Of a DNA stretch of 64,000 nt, positions 56,903-64,000 are shown one piece after another. The notes under the pieces were generated by a model, which did not search any database, was not told the DNA's origin, and worked only from the letters and a program-made list of their open reading frames with translations. The stretch's first letter is position 1. Each line of letters starts with the position of its first letter. Source of the DNA: a virus; the IMG/VR virus record IMGVR_UViG_3300045131_002929, positions 64,001-128,000 of that record, one strand, 5' to 3'. The position numbers and the translations under genes are program-made.

Positions 56903-59900
56903 ATGGCGGAACCCAAGCAAGAGCTGCCCGGGCTTGTCGGCCTGAACGACTACGACGCCCGCCGCAAGCTCATATTCGACTACGCGCTCGAGGGCGTCAA
57001 GACCAAATTCCCGGTGGAGAACACCCAGGTCAGACTGAAGGTCGACAACCTGGCGTACGACGACGATAAGAATTTCACGCCGATGGACCAGAAAGAGGCG
57101 CTGCTCAGCGGCGGCTCGCTGGGGCGCAAGCTGAAGGGCAACTGGGTTCTCGAGGATCTGAAGACCGGCGAAGTGCTGGGCCGGACCTCCAAGAAGACCA
57201 TAGCCAACATCCCATGGCTCACCGACCGCGGAACTTTCATACGCAACGGCTCCGAGTCGAGCATCGTCAACCAGATGCGGCTGGTGCCCGGCGTCTTCGT
57301 CAAGAACACGGAGGACGGCAGGGTGGAGACCCATGTGAACGTCAAGCCCGGCACAGGCCATATGTTCAAAGTGTCGATGGACCCGGCCGATCCAGTGTTC
57401 GAGGTGATGGTCAAAGGCCGTAAGATCAAGATGTACCCGCTGCTCAAGGCGCTGGGGGTGCAGGACGCCGACATGGAGGCCGCGTGGGGCACCGAGATCC
57501 TCGACAAGAACCGCAAGCGCGACGACACGCGGTCGGCGGTGTCCGCCGCGCAGACGTTCGGCGCTTTCCGCAGGATCAACAAAACGGCGGACGAGGCCCC
57601 GAAGCCGCCGGCGCCGGAGCAGCCGGAGCTCGGCATAGAGGACGTGGCCGCCGCCTTTCAGAAGATGGAGCTCGACCCTGAGTCGGTCAGCTCCACTCTC
57701 GGCAAACCCTACGCCAACGTGTCGCCGGCGCTGCTGCTCGACGCCACGAAGAAGATGATCCTGCTCAACAGGGGCATGGCCGAGGCCGACGACCGCGACT
57801 CGCTGGAATTCCAGCGGGTACACATGGCGCATGACTTCATCAAGGAGCGGATCGTCAAGGATTCCGGCGGCATGATCTCCAAGATGTTGTGGAAGGCCAC
57901 CGCGAAGCGGTCGCCGGACGCCATACCGGGCGGTGCGCTGGACAAGCATGTCGACGCCCTCTTCAACTCCGGTGGGCTCACCCAGTACGTCGAGGAGATC
58001 AACCCGCTGGATCCCTACGACCAGGCGCAGCGGCTGACTCGGCTCGGCGAGGGCGCGCTGGGCGACGCCGTGCCCGACGAGGCGCGCGCAGTGCAGCCCA
58101 CCTTCCGCGGCTACGTGGATCCGATACGCAGCCCGCAGAGCTCGGCGGTAGGCCTGGACATGCGCATGGCCCACGGCGTGAAGGTCGGAGCCGACGGCCT
58201 GCTGTACAGGGAGATGGTCAACGCCAAGACGGGCGCCGTGGAGTGGGTCAGCTCGACCAAGGCGGCGCGTTCCGTCATAGGCTTTCCGGAGGCCCTTAAA
58301 AGCAAAGACGACTATGTCCCGGCCACGGTCAAGGCCGAGGGCCTGCAGTATGTGCATAAGGGCACGGTGGACTACGTGATGCGGAGCCCCGGCGACCTTT
58401 TCTCGACAATAAGCAATCTAGTGCCGATGGTGTCCGGGACGAAAGGCCAGCGGCTGCTCATGGGCGCCAGCTACCACCTGAGCGCGCTGCCGCTGCTGCA
58501 CCGGGAGGCGCCGCTGGTCAGATCGGCGCTGCCCGACGGCTCGGATTCGCACAAGGCGCTGGCGCCTTACGCCGGCGTGGTCAGGGCGTCCGAGCCCGGC
58601 TTCGTGGAGAGCGTGGGCAAGGAGTCCATAAAAATCAAAGGCAACGACGGCAAGGTCAAAGAATACCCGCTGTACCACAACTTCCCTTTCGCCCGCAAAT
58701 CCAGCATGTCCAACTCGGCGAGCGTGGAGAAGGGCCAGGCCGTCAAGACCGGCGACCTGCTGGCCACGAGCAACTTCTCCGACAAGAAGGGCGAGGTGGC
58801 CCTGGGTTTGAATCTGAGATGCGCGTACATGCCTTACAAAGGCTACCTGCACGAGGACGCCATAGTAGTCTCCGAGTCGGCGGCTAAAAAGCTCACGTCC
58901 GAGATGATGACGTCCGTCAAGATGCGCGACTCCGAGGGCGTGGAGCCTGGCCTGGCTTCGCACATGTCCAGCTTCCCCTCGGCGTTCAACGAGGCGCAGA
59001 GGCAGACCATAGGTCCCGACGGGCTGGTGAAGGTCGGCACCGTCGTCAGGCCGGGCGACCCACTGATCCTGGCCGTGAAGCGGCAGGCGCCGACGGTCGG
59101 CTCCATGGGGCGCAGGCTGACCACCGACCACGCCGTGACATGGGACCACCATGACGCCGGCGTCGTCACGGACTCCCGCAAGACCAAGGAGGGATGGCGC
59201 GTGCAGGTACGGGCCAACTCCGCCGCGCAGCCGGGCGACAAACTTTGCTATTCGGACGACACCGAGATGCTCACGTCGCGGGGATGGAAGCGCGTCTCCA
59301 GCATTGACACTGCCGACTATCTGGCTTCCAGGACCGAGGCCGGCGAGCTGGAATACGTGCAGCCGATGGCTATAGTGGACTACGAGTACGAAGGGCCGAT
59401 GCACCTGGTGGAGACGACGCAGGTGTCGCTGATGGTCACGCCCGAGCACAGCCACCTGGCCAAGCGGCGCGGCGCGGACGCTTTCGAGCTCATCCCGGCG
59501 GCCGAGCTGTTCGGAACCAGATACAGGCTCAAGAAGGACGCCAAATGGAAAGGGTCTTCGCCTGAGTACGTGGACATGCCCGCCTACACGAGAAAAGCAG
59601 GCCAGGGCGGCGCGGGCGAATTGCTCGTGAAGGGCCGCAGGCTGAGTGTGGACGCCTATATGTTCCTACTAGGAGCCTACCTTTCAGAGGGTAACTGCTT
59701 CGCCTACGACGGCAACTACGGCATAGAGATAACGCAGATCACCGAGCCCAACCGGAGCGACATGCTCGCCAAGCTGAGGGAGTTGGGGATCAAATTCAAC
59801 GAGGTTAACAATAAGACGAAGGTACGGCTGTACGGGAAGGACCTGGCGCTGCACTTCGAGCAGTTCGGCCGCTCGCACGAGAAGTTCATACCCGACTGGG

Positions 59901-62900
59901 TCTTCGACTGCGCCAAGCAGGACCTGGAAACGCTTTATGAGTGGCTGATGTGGGTCGACGGATGCCGCGTATCTACAAGCCACTCGTACTGCACGACATC
60001 CGAAAGACTGGCAGGCGACATCCAGCGGCTCTGCCTGCACATAGGCCTGGCCGGCACGTTGAAGCGCAGAGACGCGACAGTGGGCGAGATCAAAGGTAAA
60101 ACTTATGCTCTCAGGCCGCGGTACGACATCTCGATATACAGACAGAAGCTGGAGCCCGAGATCAACCACGGGCACTGCAAGCGCCAGAAAGGCCAGCGCG
60201 AGGAGTGGGCGGCCTACTCGGGCCGCGTGTACTGCCCATCACTGCCGAGAAACCACACCGTGTATGTGCGGCGCAACGGCAAGACCTGCTGGTCGGGCAA
60301 CTGCGGCAGGCACGGAAATAAAGGTGTCATAGGGCTCATACTCCCGGACGAGCAGATGCCGAAGGACGCGCAAGGCAGGCCGCTGGAGGTTCTGCTCAAC
60401 CCCTACGGCGTATCCGGCCGGACGAATTCCGCGCAGATGATAGAGGCCGCGCTGGGCAAGGTCGCGGCCAAGACGGGCAGGCCCTACGTCATGCCGCTGT
60501 TCGGCGACGATCCGGACGGCTCGCTCATCAGTTTCGCCAAGGCCGAGCTGGCCAAGGCCGGCCTGCGGGACAAGGAGGACGTGTTCGACCCTTCGCTGAA
60601 CAAGAATTTGAAAGACGTGTTCGTCGGCAGCCTTTACATGCACAAACTGCAGCATACGGCCGAGGCCAAGGCTGGCGGGCGGTCGTTCGGCGGATACACC
60701 CAGGACAAGCTGCCTTCCACTGGCGGGCATGACGGTGGTAAGCGTATTGGTAGTATGGAATGCGGGGCAATGTTCTCGCATGGCGCCATGGAGAATCTGA
60801 AGGACATGAAGCTGATCAAAGGCCAGGAGAACTACGACTACTGGCGCGACGTCAAGCTAGGCCGGACGCCGGTCATGCCGCGCGGCAGCTTCCTGTATGA
60901 CAAATTCAGGGCGCAGATGCGGTCGGCCGGCATTAACCTGGAGGACCGCGGCGCGAAGACGCATATATTCGCGATGACGAACGACCAGGCCAAAGAGCTT
61001 ACGCAGGGCCGCGAGGTCCAGAACACGGACACCTACGACGCCAAGAAGTTCACGCCGATAAAAGGCGGGATGTTCGACGAGGCGCTGACCGGCGGCGCTG
61101 AAGGCAATCTGTTCGCCATGGTCAAGCTGGACGAGCCGGTTCTGAACCCGATCATGGAGGATTCGGTACGGCGCATACTCGGCGTCACCATCAAGGATCT
61201 GGAGGCGCTGGCCTCCGGCGACAAGCCCTACAAGGACATGTACGGCGGCAAAGCCTTGAAAGCCAGGCTCGCGGACGTCAATCTGGACATGGAGCTGCTG
61301 AAGGCCCGCAACGCTGCGAAAGGCTCTTCCGGCGCCACGCGCGACGCGGCCGTCAAGAAGATAAGAGCCATAATGTCGATGAAGGAGCATGGCGTTCGGC
61401 CGCAGGATTTCATGATGGACGCCGTGCCCGTGCTGCCGCCGTCGTTCCGGCCGATAACCACGATGGACGGCGAGAACAAGGCCGCCGACGCCAACTACAT
61501 GTACCGCGAGCTCATGTTCGCCAGGAACGACCTGCGCGACGCGGCCGCCATACTGCCCGACAAGGATCTGACCGACGCCCGCCGCAAGGTGATAGGGTCG
61601 TACAAGTCGCTCGTGGGCCTGCAGGACACCGACAACGCGGAGCTGTCCGACAAGAAGGTCGGCGGCATACTGGCCACCGTCTTCGGCAAGAGCTCGCCCA
61701 AAGTCGGCCAATTCCACCGGCGCATGATAGGCATGTCGCAGGATCTCACCACCCGCGCGCCGATCATACCGGATCCGACGCTCCGGGTGGACCAGGTCGG
61801 CCTGCCTTTCAACCGCGCGTGGGAGCTCTACGAGCCTTTCGTCGTCAGGCGGCTCGTGCGCGGCGGCATGCCGGCCACGCAGGCCGCGAAGGCCGTGGCC
61901 GACCGCACGGGCCAGGCCGAGGCCGCCCTGCAGGAATGCGTGCGCGAGCGGCCGGTCATGATAAACAGGGCGCCCACCATGCACAAGCACAGCATAGTGG
62001 GCATGTGGCCGCTGCTGGTCAAGGGCGACTCCATGAAGGTGCCCAACGGAATCCTGGCCCCTATGGGGGCTGACTATGACGGCAACTGCGCCGACTTTAA
62101 CACAGAACTTAAATTAAGATTATCAAAGTCCGCGCTTGAGACCTTCGCCGGTCTAGGGTACATTGTCGGTGTCGATGGGACACTAACAAAGGAGACCTGC
62201 ATGCAGACGGCGGACACAAAGGTGGCGATCAAGGCCGAAGGCGTGGTAGCTACCACGCGTATAGGGGAATTCCCCCGCGCTGGCGTACCTGGCAAGGACA
62301 GGAACGGGGCGGACGTGTACGAGGTTCCGGCAGGCGTCGAGGTTCTGACTCTCGACCCGGCTACGCTGAATCCTATATTCTCCGAGGTGACCACGTTCAC
62401 GGAGGAGAAAGACTGCCCGTGCGTCGAAGTCGCAACCGACACGCAGTGCGTCATAGTCAGCGACAACGAGTCGCTGTGCGTGTTCGACCACGCCTCGGGC
62501 GCGCTCTCGAAGATGGCGCCGAAGTCTTCCGTGGGCATGTTCTCGCCTTCCGTGCGGGCCATGACCACCGGCGAGGACAAGCACTCCAGGGATCTAGGGT
62601 GGTGGGTAGGCGCCTTCGTGTCGGACGGATGGGTGTCTGGAAATTATGTCGGATACGCCAAGTCCGAGAAGGTTAAAAGGGACGAGTTCGTGCGCATCAC
62701 CAGGGAGCTGGTGCACGACAACTTCAACAGCCGAGAGCACGCCGCCTCCAAGGGCGTCGATAAACTCGGCGACAGCGTTAAACTGCATTTGAACGGCCGC
62801 GAGCTGGTCGACGCCGTGCGTGGCATGGGTTTCGTGGAGGACGGGCCGGATAGACAGGCTCTCCGCAAGCGCATACCGCCGAAAATGATCTTCGAGGGTT

Positions 62901-63820
62901 CGGACGAGTTCGCCTGGGGGTTGTTGTCCGGATTGCTGGACGGGGACGGTACGGTGGCCGTCAACATGCACACCGGCAAGCCCAGGTACACGCTGCGCTT
63001 CAGCACCTCGAGCAAGAGCCTGGTGGAGGGGGTGCGCGCGCTTTGCTGGCGCCTCGGGCTGCGCTGCTGCGTCAGCACCACCCCGCCCAGGGGGCATAGC
63101 AAGGAGGCGTACGTCGTGCTTCCCTCCGTGGTCGACGTACGGCCGCACGCCGGCAAATTAAGCTGCGTCGGGGCTTTAGAGCGCGAGAGGGTGGCAGGCC
63201 TGGCGGCGGCCACACTGCGCCAGGACATCAGGGACTACATACCGCTCACGCTCGATGAGGCGAAGAACTTGAAAATCAGGGCAAAGGATCTGGCCGAGAA
63301 GGCGGTGGTGTCGGCGCTTGATAAAAGGAAAGCCACGCCTTGGTTGAACAGGCAGTATCTAGCCAGGTTGATCGCCGGCGACTTCGCGCTTGAGAAGGCC
63401 TTCGAGGCCCGCATGAATCCGCGGATACGCTGGGAGCACATAGAACGAGTGACAGACGCCGGCCGACGGGACGTGTACGACTTCGGCGTTCCCGGCTCCA
63501 AGGTGTTCGCCGTCGACAAGGGCCTGATCATCTGGGACACGCTCACCATCCATGTGCCAGTGTCTGACCTGGCCGTCAAAGAGACCGTGCGCAAGATGAT
63601 GCCGAACAGGATGCTGCTGTCCGGGCGCGATTTCAAGCTCACGTACAAGACAGGCCACGAGTACGTGCACGGGGCCTGGCTGGCCACGAAGCCGCCGAAG
63701 GAAGGCAAGGCCGTCGAGTTCGACACCGCCGCCGACGCGAAGGCGGCTTTCCGCGACGGCAAGATAGATGTGGACACGCCTATAAGAATTCGAAGCAGGG
63801 ACATAGGGGGTGCCCGGTGA
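56903..63820 (+). CDS. Phage RNA polymerase, fused beta-beta' single chain with two inteins (about 1469 aa after splicing)
   Basis: Beta motifs 'TDRGTFIRNG', 'RLLMGA', 'EDAIVVS', 'GDKL|CGRHGNKG', 'LLNPYGV', 'GGKRIGSME'; beta' motifs 'PVLPP.FRP', 'NRAPTMHK', 'ADYDG'. Confidence 0.92.
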   Translation: MAEPKQELPGLVGLNDYDARRKLIFDYALEGVKTKFPVENTQVRLKVDNLAYDDDKNFTPMDQKEALLSGGSLGRKLKGNWVLEDLKTGEVLGRTSKKTIANIPWLTDRGTFIRNGSESSIVNQMRLVPGVFVKNTEDGRVETHVNVKPGTGHMFKVSMDPADPVFEVMVKGRKIKMYPLLKALGVQDADMEAAWGTEILDKNRKRDDTRSAVSAAQTFGAFRRINKTADEAPKPPAPEQPELGIEDVAAAFQKMELDPESVSSTLGKPYANVSPALLLDATKKMILLNRGMAEADDRDSLEFQRVHMAHDFIKERIVKDSGGMISKMLWKATAKRSPDAIPGGALDKHVDALFNSGGLTQYVEEINPLDPYDQAQRLTRLGEGALGDAVPDEARAVQPTFRGYVDPIRSPQSSAVGLDMRMAHGVKVGADGLLYREMVNAKTGAVEWVSSTKAARSVIGFPEALKSKDDYVPATVKAEGLQYVHKGTVDYVMRSPGDLFSTISNLVPMVSGTKGQRLLMGASYHLSALPLLHREAPLVRSALPDGSDSHKALAPYAGVVRASEPGFVESVGKESIKIKGNDGKVKEYPLYHNFPFARKSSMSNSASVEKGQAVKTGDLLATSNFSDKKGEVALGLNLRCAYMPYKGYLHEDAIVVSESAAKKLTSEMMTSVKMRDSEGVEPGLASHMSSFPSAFNEAQRQTIGPDGLVKVGTVVRPGDPLILAVKRQAPTVGSMGRRLTTDHAVTWDHHDAGVVTDSRKTKEGWRVQVRANSAAQPGDKLCYSDDTEMLTSRGWKRVSSIDTADYLASRTEAGELEYVQPMAIVDYEYEGPMHLVETTQVSLMVTPEHSHLAKRRGADAFELIPAAELFGTRYRLKKDAKWKGSSPEYVDMPAYTRKAGQGGAGELLVKGRRLSVDAYMFLLGAYLSEGNCFAYDGNYGIEITQITEPNRSDMLAKLRELGIKFNEVNNKTKVRLYGKDLALHFEQFGRSHEKFIPDWVFDCAKQDLETLYEWLMWVDGCRVSTSHSYCTTSERLAGDIQRLCLHIGLAGTLKRRDATVGEIKGKTYALRPRYDISIYRQKLEPEINHGHCKRQKGQREEWAAYSGRVYCPSLPRNHTVYVRRNGKTCWSGNCGRHGNKGVIGLILPDEQMPKDAQGRPLEVLLNPYGVSGRTNSAQMIEAALGKVAAKTGRPYVMPLFGDDPDGSLISFAKAELAKAGLRDKEDVFDPSLNKNLKDVFVGSLYMHKLQHTAEAKAGGRSFGGYTQDKLPSTGGHDGGKRIGSMECGAMFSHGAMENLKDMKLIKGQENYDYWRDVKLGRTPVMPRGSFLYDKFRAQMRSAGINLEDRGAKTHIFAMTNDQAKELTQGREVQNTDTYDAKKFTPIKGGMFDEALTGGAEGNLFAMVKLDEPVLNPIMEDSVRRILGVTIKDLEALASGDKPYKDMYGGKALKARLADVNLDMELLKARNAAKGSSGATRDAAVKKIRAIMSMKEHGVRPQDFMMDAVPVLPPSFRPITTMDGENKAADANYMYRELMFARNDLRDAAAILPDKDLTDARRKVIGSYKSLVGLQDTDNAELSDKKVGGILATVFGKSSPKVGQFHRRMIGMSQDLTTRAPIIPDPTLRVDQVGLPFNRAWELYEPFVVRRLVRGGMPATQAAKAVADRTGQAEAALQECVRERPVMINRAPTMHKHSIVGMWPLLVKGDSMKVPNGILAPMGADYDGNCADFNTELKLRLSKSALETFAGLGYIVGVDGTLTKETCMQTADTKVAIKAEGVVATTRIGEFPRAGVPGKDRNGADVYEVPAGVEVLTLDPATLNPIFSEVTTFTEEKDCPCVEVATDTQCVIVSDNESLCVFDHASGALSKMAPKSSVGMFSPSVRAMTTGEDKHSRDLGWWVGAFVSDGWVSGNYVGYAKSEKVKRDEFVRITRELVHDNFNSREHAASKGVDKLGDSVKLHLNGRELVDAVRGMGFVEDGPDRQALRKRIPPKMIFEGSDEFAWGLLSGLLDGDGTVAVNMHTGKPRYTLRFSTSSKSLVEGVRALCWRLGLRCCVSTTPPRGHSKEAYVVLPSVVDVRPHAGKLSCVGALERERVAGLAAATLRQDIRDYIPLTLDEAKNLKIRAKDLAEKAVVSALDKRKATPWLNRQYLARLIAGDFALEKAFEARMNPRIRWEHIERVTDAGRRDVYDFGVPGSKVFAVDKGLIIWDTLTIHVPVSDLAVKETVRKMMPNRMLLSGRDFKLTYKTGHEYVHGAWLATKPPKEGKAVEFDTAADAKAAFRDGKIDVDTPIRIRSRDIGGAR
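59246..60301 (+). mobile_element. Intein 1 in RNAP beta GDKL-x-GRHGNKG motif (352 aa, LAGLIDADG)
   Basis: Begins CYSDDTEMLTSRGWK, 'VTPEH', 'LGAYLSEG', ends 'YVRRNGKTCWSGN', +1 Cys. Confidence 0.93.
62087..63538 (+). mobile_element. Intein 2 in RNAP catalytic DxDGD loop (484 aa, LAGLIDADG), atypical Asp terminus
   Basis: Begins CADFNTEL, 'VGAFVSDG', 'LSGLLDGDG', block F 'VYDFGVPG..VFAVDKG', ends IIWD, +1 Thr. Confidence 0.88.
62136..62203 (+). promoter_or_regulatory. Internal promoter, RBS and in-frame ATG inside intein 2
   Basis: TTGAGA-17 nt-TACATT (62136-62164), AAAGGAGA (62188-62195), ATG 62201 in frame with the RNAP gene. Confidence 0.55.
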
Positions 63821-64000
63821 GCTCCGAACAGTCGTCGATCATCCATTTCGTGCCGGCCGAGGCCGAGGCCGACGTCAAGTCGAACGGGCTTATGACCGCG
63901 CAGGCCCTGTCGGCGGCCGGCCGGCCGGAGGGCGCGCGCCACCTGGCCAGCTATCTGGCGAAGATGAAGTTCAAGCCGGAGGCCAAAGCGGCCTACGACA
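63817..64000 (+). CDS. Partial CDS, possible ADP-ribosyltransferase-fold protein
   Basis: GTGA overlap with the RNAP stop; 'IIHFVP.....DVKSNGLMT..AL' resembles the H-x(n)-I-xxx-GL N-terminal motif of Tpt1/DarT-like folds; truncated by the window end. Confidence 0.35.
   Translation, partial: MSSEQSSIIHFVPAEAEADVKSNGLMTAQALSAAGRPEGARHLASYLAKMKFKPEAKAAYD

Noticed and set aside
32-63820. Alternative genetic code (stop-codon reassignment)
   Set aside because: Genes tile densely under the standard code, and TAA, TAG and TGA all act as stops at gene junctions

Overview
This GC-rich 64-kb window is part of a large tailed (probably myovirus-like) bacteriophage genome; the host cannot be determined from the sequence. 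From left to right it holds: (1) a tail/baseplate operon (1-21.5 kb) with a tape-measure-like gene, paralogous hub genes, baseplate J-like and fibre genes, Ser-rich proteins and an embedded sigma-70-family gene; (2) a GpA-like terminase large subunit with an intein in Walker A, next to a radical SAM gene (minus strand); (3) an AT-rich, repeat-containing origin-like region (28.7-29.3 kb); (4) a replication/recombination operon with SbcD, SbcC, an SF2 helicase, a DnaB-like helicase, primase, a family A DNA polymerase split by two group I introns (one carrying a LAGLIDADG endonuclease), an SSB-like gene and a RecA-like gene; (5) probable head/internal proteins sharing a K-x-A leader motif, and a probable portal; (6) a single-chain fused beta-beta' RNA polymerase with two inteins. 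The most striking observations are these. Both polA introns append an ssrA-like C-terminal 'LAA' to the product of unspliced mRNA. The RNAP active-site intein has Asn and Asp swapped at its junctions (DYDGN|C...WD|T). That same intein carries an internal promoter, RBS and in-frame ATG. All functional calls come from motif recognition by eye; no database searches were run.
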